NCBI GenBank assembly: GCA_963719505.1
Contig: CAVRCF010000001.1
Location: forward strand, 640,001 to 704,000
DNA: 64,000 bases
Direction of reading: 5' to 3'
DNA from: Halobacteriovoraceae bacterium
Lineage (GTDB): Bacteria; Bdellovibrionota; Bacteriovoracia; Bacteriovoracales; Bacteriovoracaceae
This document shows positions 1 to 9,033 of the stretch, piece by piece. The translations under genes were made by a program, and so were the position numbers. The stretch's first letter is position 1, and each line of letters starts with the position of its first letter. Below the pieces are notes generated by a model. That model had not been told where the DNA came from. It worked only from the letters and a program-made list of their open reading frames with translations, and searched no databases.

Positions 1-1329
1 CAATGGGCTAGAATGATTACACTTGATGAGATTATTCGTAAGCAAAATATTTTAAAAGATCACGCAGTAAAGATGGGACTTAACTTTAGAAAACACTACT
101 CAAAGATTTCTTATCTCGAGGGTGTCGTTTCCCGTGGGGACAGAAGAGTCGGAGATATCATCTATAACGCTTGGAAAGGCGGAGCACGTTTTGACGGATG
201 GGATGAGACTTTTAAATACGACCTTTGGATGAAATGTTTAGAGGAGTCTGGGATTGATCCTATTCATATGCTTGGGACAATTCCGATGAATGGAAGACTC
301 CCTTGGGATCATATTGATGTCGGACTTGAAGCAAAGTTTTTAGAGCGCGAGTGGACAAAAGCAAATAAAGACAGACTTTCTCCTCCATGCGGTAAAGTGC
401 ACGGAATGATTGTTCACCATTCAAATCTCGAAGCTTTGGAAAAAACTTTTGATATCGATAAAAAAAGACTTGTTTGTTATAGCTGTGGTGTCGCCTGTGA
501 CTTAAAAGAGATGGTTGAAGAGAGACGAGACTATCTTGGAAGCATGAATGCAATTGAGGACACTCCTTATGAGGCACCAAAAGAGCGCAAGAAGATAGTT
601 GATCTAAGAGAGAAACGAGGTCAATGGACTGGTGAAAAATATAGAATTGAGTTCTCTAAAGTTGGACCAATCTCTTTTATTTCTCACCTTGATCTGCAAA
701 AAATTGTTGCTCGTATTTTTAAACGAGCAGAGATTGAAGTTCTTTATTCTGAAGGCTATAAAACGAGACCGCTGATAGCGTTTGGTCCGGCCCTTACATT
801 AGGGGTTAGTTCTTTATCTGAATTTTTTGATGTACGAGTACCAGAAAAATGGGAAAGCAATGAAGAACTTCTAGAAAAGTTACAGTCTCATTCAGAGAAA
901 GGAATTATCTTTAAGAGTGTTGAGTTAGTTGGGAGTAAGACCGTCTCGATTCAAGACTCTGCTGAGAAATTTACTTACTATCTCCAAACAAAAAATAGTG
1001 ATGATAGTGAAAAGGCAATTAGCTTTCTAAATGCTGAAACGGAGCTCGTTATCGAGTCTTTCTCAAAGAAAGCTCAGAGAAATATAAAGAAAGATATTCG
1101 TCCAAAAATTCTTACGGCTTATAAGGGAAAACTTGACCTTGATCGTAAGTTGATGGATTTGATCGACGAAGTTTCTCCATGCAAGGGAGAAGGAATCTTT
1201 ATAGAGACTGATGTTGATCAAGGCTCAAGTGTGAGACCTAGCGAGCTTGTTAAAATTTTAGCTGGAATTGGTATAAATGTTGAGCGGCCAATCAAAGAGA
1301 AAATAACCCTTAAGGCTTCAACTCTTTAA
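1..1329 (+). CDS. Radical SAM protein (TIGR03960-like) C-terminal part fused to radical-SAM-linked (TIGR03936/DUF2344-like) domain; 5' truncated by window edge
   Basis: Frame open from base 1; LEGVVSRGDRR, GARFDGW, LPWDHIDVG, CYSCGVAC, then ISFISHLDL...YSEGY..RP.IAFGPALTLG typical of this fusion. Confidence 0.85.
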   Translation, partial: QWARMITLDEIIRKQNILKDHAVKMGLNFRKHYSKISYLEGVVSRGDRRVGDIIYNAWKGGARFDGWDETFKYDLWMKCLEESGIDPIHMLGTIPMNGRLPWDHIDVGLEAKFLEREWTKANKDRLSPPCGKVHGMIVHHSNLEALEKTFDIDKKRLVCYSCGVACDLKEMVEERRDYLGSMNAIEDTPYEAPKERKKIVDLREKRGQWTGEKYRIEFSKVGPISFISHLDLQKIVARIFKRAEIEVLYSEGYKTRPLIAFGPALTLGVSSLSEFFDVRVPEKWESNEELLEKLQSHSEKGIIFKSVELVGSKTVSIQDSAEKFTYYLQTKNSDDSEKAISFLNAETELVIESFSKKAQRNIKKDIRPKILTAYKGKLDLDRKLMDLIDEVSPCKGEGIFIETDVDQGSSVRPSELVKILAGIGINVERPIKEKITLKASTL

Positions 1330-1360
1330 AGATTTTTAGATATCTAACCGAATATAAGTA

Positions 1361-1726
1361 ATGAATATTCGGTTAGTATGTCTCTTTTATCTATTGTCAC
1401 TTTGTTTCCAAGCGGCAGCTGCTGAAGATTCAAGCGGTGACGTGCTAAAGTGTGGATTTTATGAAGCCTTTGGCAAAATTATTTGTCAGTCCTCTAGTGA
1501 GTGTTCACTCGCTATAAACCCTGGTAAGTTATCGGAAAAACTCATCTTTTTAGAACAAAAAGACTTCTCTGTGTCATACTTCACCGATCAATATGTTAAA
1601 ATGTATTTAACGATCACAAAAGAGGCTGCTGAGTCTAAAGCTAAAATAAGCTCTGCTCCTATTAAGCAGGTCCGCAGTGTTAAGACTTCAGTTTTAAACT
1701 TTAAAAGAGGTGTGTCCTGTCTTTGA
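1361..1726 (+). CDS. Small secreted hypothetical protein
   Basis: Hydrophobic signal peptide ending AAAA; 4 mature Cys; stop overlaps next start (TTGA). Confidence 0.7.
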   Translation: MNIRLVCLFYLLSLCFQAAAAEDSSGDVLKCGFYEAFGKIICQSSSECSLAINPGKLSEKLIFLEQKDFSVSYFTDQYVKMYLTITKEAAESKAKISSAPIKQVRSVKTSVLNFKRGVSCL

Positions 1727-3501
1727 AACATCATTTGAACATTGTCATACTTCTTTTCTCAGTGTCATCGTATGCATTTGACAAGGTTGCATTTGTTATT
1801 GGTGATGATTGCCATGAAACAAAAAATCTAACAAATAAAGTTGTAAAGACTGCGATTAATGTTTCAGAAAGCCTTGGTGAAAAAGGTTTTCGGGTCATAA
1901 CAATGTACGGTGACGAAGCAAGAGCACAAGAGTTAAAAGAAAAAGCACTCTCTGCCAGTAAGAACGTGACAACCACAAGTGTATCTTTGGAAAAAGTTAA
2001 AAATAATATTACTCGAGCCTATGAAATGGATTGTGACAAACGTCCCAAAGAACTAATGCTAAATTTTATAGCCCATGGATCAGCGAATTTCGATGGTAGT
2101 GGGTCTAACCACTCTATCTGTGCTGGTAATGCTTCTGCTTCCGGTGGAAAAAGAAAAAATCAGATTTACATGAGAGATATCGCTGAACAAATTAAGGCGC
2201 TAGCAAGTAAAGATCGCTGTGAAAATAAAATGAAAGTCGGATTTGTCGACTGCTCTTGTAAGAGCGGAGGCTCACTCAAAGAGTTTGAGGGATTAGGTTG
2301 CTCACTATCAATGACCAGTGAAAACAATAAGTCGGATCTTAAGCTCATTGATGAATACAGTGATAAGTTAAAAGATAAAAAAGAGATGAGTTTATCTGAT
2401 ATTCACTTGGGGCTTTTAGTAAACAGAGATTACGACCTCTATACAGAAGAAGTTGATGAAGCTTCAGGGAAAACATATCTTGAGAACCACTTTAACAACT
2501 CCAATCAGATATCGGGTTGTTATGACCAAGATATCGCCAAAGTGAATGCAATTAGTGCTAAGGAGGAACCTGCTTGTCGAACACCTCTGAGCATCCTTGA
2601 AAAGAAGAAAGAATTAGAATTTGAGAAAATAGAGCAAATTATAAAAAGACTTAATCTTGGCCTAAATAGTAATCCTGAAAAAGATAAGATAGCGACCTTG
2701 ATGGGCTTACAAGCAAGTGAAGTACCGGAAAGCGATAAAATTTCAAACATTGTAAATGATCTCATCCAAAAAGATAAAGAGTATACAGAGCTTTCGAGAC
2801 CCTTTGTAGAAAAGGAATCAGCAGTTATGTCCAACACTGCTCTCAATACAACATTTGACTGTGAGTTAGATGCGACAAGTTTTGCTGATCAGAATATAAG
2901 TAACGCTTTAAAGTCACCAGGCGGGTCTCCGGCAAAAGTTAAAAGATTTGAAGAAGTCTCTCAGGGAATTTGTCTGAGCTTACACTCTGATGTCTATGAT
3001 AAAGAGAGCGCTCAAAAGAAATGTGTTTTAGGTAAAGGCTACTCTGCTAGAGGATTAAAACTTTCCTTGTCAGAAGTCTTAAAAATTCAGAAAAATTTAA
3101 ACCTTCTAGATAGTGAGAGAAGTAAGCGACTTGTTAAAAGGAATACTTATGAGATTCAAAGAGCTTTTCGTTCCAGTGGCGAGACTCTTAATTTTGAAGA
3201 AGTCAAAAACTCTTATTCTAAAACGATTTCTCAATGCTTAAAGAAAATAGAAAAATTGGCAAAAGAGAAAGAAGTAAAACCGGCGTTAGATGCAATTGCC
3301 TTCGTCAACTCAACATATGCAGGACAAGAAGACTGTAAGGTTTCCCACAATACATTTAAATGTATTGAGCAAAAACAAAAGCTCAATGAAGCACAAGTGA
3401 AAAGGTATTTTGGTATGGCCCGAGGCTTTTACTTTCTAAATTGTAAAAACAGCTTCAATTCAAATTCAGATGTAGCAGCTTGTGATGATTTTAAAATCTA
3501 A
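1723..3501 (+). CDS. Secreted caspase-like (clan CD) cysteine peptidase domain protein with long Cys-rich C-terminal region
   Basis: Signal peptide (SSYA); KVAFVIG, SLGEKGFRV, LNFIAHG and FVDCSCKSGG occur in caspase/metacaspase order. Confidence 0.6.
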   Translation: MKHHLNIVILLFSVSSYAFDKVAFVIGDDCHETKNLTNKVVKTAINVSESLGEKGFRVITMYGDEARAQELKEKALSASKNVTTTSVSLEKVKNNITRAYEMDCDKRPKELMLNFIAHGSANFDGSGSNHSICAGNASASGGKRKNQIYMRDIAEQIKALASKDRCENKMKVGFVDCSCKSGGSLKEFEGLGCSLSMTSENNKSDLKLIDEYSDKLKDKKEMSLSDIHLGLLVNRDYDLYTEEVDEASGKTYLENHFNNSNQISGCYDQDIAKVNAISAKEEPACRTPLSILEKKKELEFEKIEQIIKRLNLGLNSNPEKDKIATLMGLQASEVPESDKISNIVNDLIQKDKEYTELSRPFVEKESAVMSNTALNTTFDCELDATSFADQNISNALKSPGGSPAKVKRFEEVSQGICLSLHSDVYDKESAQKKCVLGKGYSARGLKLSLSEVLKIQKNLNLLDSERSKRLVKRNTYEIQRAFRSSGETLNFEEVKNSYSKTISQCLKKIEKLAKEKEVKPALDAIAFVNSTYAGQEDCKVSHNTFKCIEQKQKLNEAQVKRYFGMARGFYFLNCKNSFNSNSDVAACDDFKI

Positions 3502-3506
3502 AAAGG

Positions 3507-3611
3507 CTACGACTTCTGTGATCTATACTTCTCTTCTGTGATGAGTTTTTGAATAAGCCTAACCAGTAGCTTAGTAATCTCTTTTTTTATCTCAATCCTT
3601 GAGTTACTCAT
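3507..3611 (-). CDS. Unannotated 34-aa small protein MSNSRIEIKKEITKLLVRLIQKLITEEKYRSQKS
   Basis: AGGAGA 5 nt before ATG (3611); TAG at 3509-3507; fills an intergenic gap. Confidence 0.55.
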   Translation of the reverse strand: MSNSRIEIKKEITKLLVRLIQKLITEEKYRSQKS

Positions 3612-3805
3612 AAATTTCTCCTAGACAATAATTTTATAGAGATTTGACACGAATTGGCAAATTTATGCCTCTTAGAAGTCTGGTTTATACTCCAAATCAT
3701 GGATTTTATTGGACTTGCTCTGGTGTATAAATAACCCTGTTCGTAGACAAAACTCTACTAATATTATAGAGTTAGGGATCTTTTAATATTCTAAGGGGAA
3801 CTATT

Positions 3806-5974
3806 ATGGCCACTTCTCAATCTGTGACGTCAAAAAAAATATCAGCTAAAACGAAAAGAAAATTAGACCTTATAAAAAAACATAAATTATCTAAGGATAC
3901 CCTTTTAGATATGTATAGAAACTCATACCTTTCTAGAAAGTTAGATGATGCTGAGATTTCTATGAAGAAGCAGTCGAAAGCTTTCTTCCAAATTTCTGGT
4001 GCCGGACATGAGGGAATTCTCTCTGCTGTCACAAAGATTTTAAAACCAAGTTATGATTTTTTTATTCCCTACTATAGAGATAGAGCTCTATGTACTGGAC
4101 TTGGAGTAAGTGCTTATGAAATCCTTTGCCAAGCAAATGGAAATGTCGGGGATACTGCAAGTCACGGCCGTCAGATGCCCTCTCACTGGGGAAATAAAGA
4201 ATTAAATATTATATCTAAGTCATCATGCACGGGAACCCAATTTCTCCAAGCTGTTGGTATTGCTGAGTCTGGAAAATTTTTAGGCAAGATGGCAAAAGAT
4301 GGTGTTGATCATGGACTTCCATATGCAAACGATGAAATCGTCTACGTTTCCACTGGGGACGGAACAGTTTCTCAGGGTGAATTCTGGGAAGGTATTACAA
4401 CGGCTTGTGTAAATAAACTTCCTGTTCTTTTTATGGTTGAAGATAACGGTTTTGCTATCTCTGTTCCAACTTCTGTTCAGACACCTTCAGGATCGATTTC
4501 AGTTGCTCTTGGTGGTTTTCCTGGACTCACTATTTTCGAATGCGACGGAACGGATCCTGTTGATTCATACGATGCAGTTAAAAAAGCCGAAGTTCATTTA
4601 AGAGCAGGTAAGGGACCGGTTTTAGTTCATGCACATGTAACAAGACCATACTCTCATTCGCTTTCGGATGATCACTCTTTTTATAGAACAAAAGATGAAT
4701 TAGCAGAAGAGGCAAAAATTGACACGATTAAGACATATCCTGAATTTTTAATTGAAGCTAATATTGCAACACTTGATGAAATCAATGACATAAAAGCGAT
4801 TGTGGAAGTTGAAGTTAAAGAGGCAATGAAAAAAGCGATCAATACTGAATGGCCTGAGCCTGATACCTATATGGATCACTTATATTCTATGGACGTTGAT
4901 CCAACGAGTGAAGACTTTGAAAGAGAGGGATCATTTCTTGGAAAAGATGATATCCCAATGGCTGGATCGATAAATGCCGTTTTAAAAAATGAATTAAAGA
5001 AAAATCCACTCATGAGAATGTTTGGAGAAGATGTTGCTGACTTTTCTGAGTTAGAAAAATTAGACAATCCTGAACTCTCAGGTAAGGGCGGAGTTTTTAA
5101 AGTCACTTCTGGCTGTCAAAGAGCTTCAAAAGAAGGCCAGGTTTTTAACTCGCCTCTAGCTGAGGCAAATATTATTGGCCGTGCGATTGGTATGGCGATG
5201 AGAGGAATCAAGCCTGTTGTTGAGATTCAATTCTTTGATTATATCTGGACAGCCTACATGCAATTGAAAAATGAAATGGCAACAACACGATACAGATCAG
5301 GCGGAGACTTTAAATGTCCGATGGTCGTAAGAGTTCCAATCGGTGGTTATTTACGTGGTGGGGCAATATACCATTCTCAGTCGGGAGAGTCTCTGTTTAC
5401 CCATATTCCAGGGATAAGAGTTGTCTTTCCATCGAATGCTAAGGATGCTGCCGGTCTTCTAAGAACCGCAATTAGATCTGATGACCCCGTTATGTTTTTA
5501 GAGCATAAGCATTTATACTATCAGGGATATAATAGAACTGCAGATCCTGGGGAAGACTTTATGATTCCTTTTGGAAAAGCAAGAGTCGTAAGAGAAGGAA
5601 CCGATGCAACAATCATTGCATGGGGGGCGCTAGTACAAAAATCTGTTGAAGCCGCTAAAAGGATGAGCGCAGAAGGTAAAAGTGTTGAAGTTATAGACCT
5701 TCGAACTCTTGCACCTTTTGATATGGATGCGATTGTAAAATCTCTTTCTAAGACAAATAGAATTATGATCGCTCATGAGGAACATAAGACATCAGGTTTT
5801 GCTGGAGAGATTGCGGCAAGGATTAATGAAGAATGCTTCAATCAACTTGATGCTCCAATTTTAAGAGTTGCTTCCGAAGATGTGCATGTCGCTTATAACC
5901 CGGCTTTGGAAGATATCATTCTTCCTCAAATTAATCATGTGTACGATAAATTGAAAGAGCTTCTTGAGTACTAA
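3806..5974 (+). CDS. Fused alpha/beta E1 component of a (probably branched-chain) 2-oxoacid dehydrogenase
   Basis: GAGHEG, GRQMPSHW, TPP motif GDG..SQGEFWEG...N, HSLSDD, FGEDV, EIQFFDY, HSQS; RBS AAGGGG. Confidence 0.93.
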   Translation: MATSQSVTSKKISAKTKRKLDLIKKHKLSKDTLLDMYRNSYLSRKLDDAEISMKKQSKAFFQISGAGHEGILSAVTKILKPSYDFFIPYYRDRALCTGLGVSAYEILCQANGNVGDTASHGRQMPSHWGNKELNIISKSSCTGTQFLQAVGIAESGKFLGKMAKDGVDHGLPYANDEIVYVSTGDGTVSQGEFWEGITTACVNKLPVLFMVEDNGFAISVPTSVQTPSGSISVALGGFPGLTIFECDGTDPVDSYDAVKKAEVHLRAGKGPVLVHAHVTRPYSHSLSDDHSFYRTKDELAEEAKIDTIKTYPEFLIEANIATLDEINDIKAIVEVEVKEAMKKAINTEWPEPDTYMDHLYSMDVDPTSEDFEREGSFLGKDDIPMAGSINAVLKNELKKNPLMRMFGEDVADFSELEKLDNPELSGKGGVFKVTSGCQRASKEGQVFNSPLAEANIIGRAIGMAMRGIKPVVEIQFFDYIWTAYMQLKNEMATTRYRSGGDFKCPMVVRVPIGGYLRGGAIYHSQSGESLFTHIPGIRVVFPSNAKDAAGLLRTAIRSDDPVMFLEHKHLYYQGYNRTADPGEDFMIPFGKARVVREGTDATIIAWGALVQKSVEAAKRMSAEGKSVEVIDLRTLAPFDMDAIVKSLSKTNRIMIAHEEHKTSGFAGEIAARINEECFNQLDAPILRVASEDVHVAYNPALEDIILPQINHVYDKLKELLEY

Positions 5975-6473
5975 TTCAATACTAACAAGTAGACTTATAT
6001 TGAAGCCTTTGGAGAAAGTAGATGCCGAGCATTTATTTGGTTTACACTCTGATGCAGAGGTTATGAAATTCATTCGTGAGCCAGATACGGACATATTTCA
6101 AACAAAAAAAAGAATAAACGAAATACTTTCTTACTCTTTTGACAACGCGGGTTTAGGTCTCTGGTCAGCATTTACCAAGCAGGATAAAAGTTTCATTGGT
6201 TGGGGGGTTCTTGTGCACATCGATCATAATCTTTCCAACCCGATTGAGATGGGGTTTCGATTACACCAACGATTTTGGCGCCAGGGATTTGGTTTTGAGA
6301 TTGGAAATGCATTATTAGATCATGCCAAAAATATTAACTTAGCGAGAGTTTGTGCAATTACCCTAGATGAAAATATTGGTAGCCAGAAAACGATTGAAAA
6401 GTGTGGTCTGCAGTTTAAAGAAAAGAGAAATTATTATAATCAACAAGTTCTATACTATGAGAAAGAGATATGA
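5964..6473 (+). CDS. GNAT (RimJ/RimL-like) N-acetyltransferase
   Basis: TSRLILKP, EMGFRL, FWRQGFG, N.GSQK.IEKCG. Confidence 0.85.
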   Translation: MSTNSILTSRLILKPLEKVDAEHLFGLHSDAEVMKFIREPDTDIFQTKKRINEILSYSFDNAGLGLWSAFTKQDKSFIGWGVLVHIDHNLSNPIEMGFRLHQRFWRQGFGFEIGNALLDHAKNINLARVCAITLDENIGSQKTIEKCGLQFKEKRNYYNQQVLYYEKEI

Positions 6474-7126
6474 CAAAAGAAATTGAAGGCACAAGCGAAA
6501 AGTTTAACATCACAACTTATATGGAAGCGAGAAAGCTTGCTCAAAAAATTGTTCTTTTGACTGCTTCTCAATTTGATGTGGGAATGACTGAAGATCAGGG
6601 TTCAACAATTATCGATGAACTTTGTGAAAATTTTAATGTTGAAAGAAAGTGGCATCCAAATAAATTTAGAATTGGTAGAAATACAACTAAAGCCTTTCGG
6701 GAAAAATCTCATCCAGATGTTAAGCTTCAAAAAAATGATATTTATTTTTTAGACTTGGGTTTGGTTATTAATGGACACGAAGCTGACTTTGGTCAAACCT
6801 TTACTGTTGGACAAAATTTAGAGTTTGCTCATGCACAAAAATCAGTAAGAGAAATTTTTAATGAGCTCAAAGCTCTTTGGAAAGAAAAAAGTATCTCAGG
6901 TGAAGCTCTTTATATCGAAGGCGAAAAACTTGCGAGAGAAAAAGGATATATTCTCAACACTGCAATGGATGGTCATCGTCTTGGAGATTTCCCTCACGGA
7001 GCCTTCTACAAGGGCTCTCTAAGTGAATTCGCTAAAAAACCTATTGAGAATCTATGGGTTTTAGAAGTTCTCATCAGACATCCAGAAAAAGAGTTTGGTG
7101 CATTTTACGAGGATATTTTAGTTTGA
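6470..7126 (+). CDS. M24 family metallopeptidase, catalytic domain only
   Basis: DLG...EADFGQT, GHRLG..PH, E, FYEDIL supply the D,D,H,E,E metal ligands. Confidence 0.8.
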   Translation: MTKEIEGTSEKFNITTYMEARKLAQKIVLLTASQFDVGMTEDQGSTIIDELCENFNVERKWHPNKFRIGRNTTKAFREKSHPDVKLQKNDIYFLDLGLVINGHEADFGQTFTVGQNLEFAHAQKSVREIFNELKALWKEKSISGEALYIEGEKLAREKGYILNTAMDGHRLGDFPHGAFYKGSLSEFAKKPIENLWVLEVLIRHPEKEFGAFYEDILV

Positions 7127-7858
7127 TTGCCTAGAGTTTATAAGCTCTTCTGTTTTCACTCCAGCGCAGCTGGGGATTCTAATATCTCTTTCCGTTTCAA
7201 CATTTATAAGCTTATTCATTGGCATCCACTTGCTGACTAGACTGTATTCTTTGGTGTTGTAGAGGGCCAGCTCGACAAGATATTTTCCAATAAGACTTTT
7301 ATCCCCACTAAAAATTATCGGAGTAAATGATGGTCTCTCCATATTTGAAGCACGGTAAGGTGTCCTTCTGTTGGCAAAGAGTTGGTTAGGCTCAGTCTTG
7401 GTCGGAATCAGTGTTATCTCCGTCACTCTTTTGTCGTGCTGGAAAGCCGGACACTTGGCGCGTCTAAACTCACTAGACATAGCGGCAGCGTGATAATAGA
7501 CAAAAATTGATATGCTATCAGACACGTTGCCAAGATTTGCGAGGTCATAGAGAACATGACCGATAGGATTCTTAGAGCCACGATTTATTTTTGTTACTCT
7601 AAAGACCCAAGCATTTGCACCTGATTTACTTAAAAGTCTCTGTGCATCTTTTGGCTTAATCTTTGGAATTTTCACTTTAAACTGGAAGCCTTTAGAAATT
7701 TCTATTTCTTTCTTTTTACCAACTGACCACTCATCAACAGAAAGGTCAAAAACCTCTCCTGTAAGATTATTGACATACATCTGTCCGTTACCAGTTTTGA
7801 CTTCAAACCATTTACTACAAGAGCTTAAGAATATAAGACTTAAGAGAAGAAATTTCAT
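7118..7858 (-). CDS. Hypothetical lipoprotein
   Basis: Lipobox LSSC; overlaps the stop of the upstream VOC gene. Confidence 0.7.
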   Translation of the reverse strand: MKFLLLSLIFLSSCSKWFEVKTGNGQMYVNNLTGEVFDLSVDEWSVGKKKEIEISKGFQFKVKIPKIKPKDAQRLLSKSGANAWVFRVTKINRGSKNPIGHVLYDLANLGNVSDSISIFVYYHAAAMSSEFRRAKCPAFQHDKRVTEITLIPTKTEPNQLFANRRTPYRASNMERPSFTPIIFSGDKSLIGKYLVELALYNTKEYSLVSKWMPMNKLINVETERDIRIPSCAGVKTEELINSRQSN

Positions 7859-8397
7859 CCTTTTAGGAACTCTTCATCATGAAGCCAAGATGCTTGTCTT
7901 GGTGGTTTTTTAGTTTTACTCCACTCTTCTAACATTTCTGGAGCTATCTCTCGAAGCTTATCCATTTGTTTTTTTGTTCCAGTATTAGCAGACAGCTCTA
8001 GTCTGTGTCCATTTGGATCAAAGAAGTAAATAGACTTAAAAACACCATGATCAGTTACGCCAAGAACATCTATTCCTTTTGCTATAAGATCAGTCTTTGC
8101 TTTTTCTAAAGTTTTGAGGTCTTCGACTTCAAAGGCAATATGCTGAACCCATGTTGGAGTGTTTTGATCTCTATCCATCGGTTGTTGTCCCGTCAGTTCA
8201 AAGAAAGCAAGGACATTACCCATTCCAGCATCTAAAAATATATGCATGTAAGGATCGGGCTCTTTGGTAGAGGGAACGTGATCTTCTGAGATTGATACCG
8301 TTAGATCCATATCTAACATTTTTTTATACCAGTCTGCAGTTTCTTTAGCATCATTGCATCTATAAGCGACGTGATGAATTCTCTTTAAAATACTCAT
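7855..8397 (-). CDS. VOC/glyoxalase-family protein
   Basis: IHHVAYRC, LAFFE, QHIAF, SIYFFDPNGHRLEL. Confidence 0.88.
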   Translation of the reverse strand: MSILKRIHHVAYRCNDAKETADWYKKMLDMDLTVSISEDHVPSTKEPDPYMHIFLDAGMGNVLAFFELTGQQPMDRDQNTPTWVQHIAFEVEDLKTLEKAKTDLIAKGIDVLGVTDHGVFKSIYFFDPNGHRLELSANTGTKKQMDKLREIAPEMLEEWSKTKKPPRQASWLHDEEFLKG

Positions 8398-8403
8398 AAT
8401 AAC

Positions 8404-9033
8404 CTACTTTTGAATTTGCGCTTTCATGAGGCGCTGTTTTTCAACGACACTATCTGTTTTAAACCAGTCATTGCCAGCCCCTCGGCCCATTGGTTTCCAC
8501 GCTTGAGTAGTGATTCGCCCACTGTCATATATTTTATCATCGATATGAACTTTTACAACTTCACCGGTTATAAGTGTCCCTGCTCCGGGTTTATCGCCGT
8601 AGCTAATTATATCTCTTAATTCGCACTCGAAGTGAATAGGACTCTCTTTGACTCTTGCAACATCTACAATATCTGACGGGATCGGTGTTAGCCCGGCATG
8701 GATAAATTCATCATCCCCATAAGCCAATTCAGCACTTGCACTGTTAACCTTGTCAGCGTTTTCTTCAGTACAGAAATTAATCACAAACTGCTTGGTGCGC
8801 TCTATATTTTTAACGGTATCTTTTTTTTCACCTGTCGCCGTTCTTATTAAAGGTGCAAAGCAGACAATAAACGGTTTCGCGCTAACACCTGTGAAAAATG
8901 AAAAAGGTGCGACGTTATTTGACCCGTCTTCATTTTTAGTTGAAACAACTGCTATAGGCCTGGGTAAAATTGAGCCTATAAGTAATTTGTAGTTGTCAGC
9001 AAATTCAGCATTTTTTGTATCGAAACTAAGCAT
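8404..9033 (-). CDS. Flavin reductase family protein
   Basis: YKLLIGSILPRPIA, NVAPFSFF, KKDTVKNI, ESPIHFEC. Confidence 0.88.
   Translation of the reverse strand: MLSFDTKNAEFADNYKLLIGSILPRPIAVVSTKNEDGSNNVAPFSFFTGVSAKPFIVCFAPLIRTATGEKKDTVKNIERTKQFVINFCTEENADKVNSASAELAYGDDEFIHAGLTPIPSDIVDVARVKESPIHFECELRDIISYGDKPGAGTLITGEVVKVHIDDKIYDSGRITTQAWKPMGRGAGNDWFKTDSVVEKQRLMKAQIQK

Noticed and set aside
3654-3670. TTGGCAAATTTATGCC as a sigma54 promoter
   Set aside because: GG-to-GC spacing is 9 nt on both strands instead of the required 10
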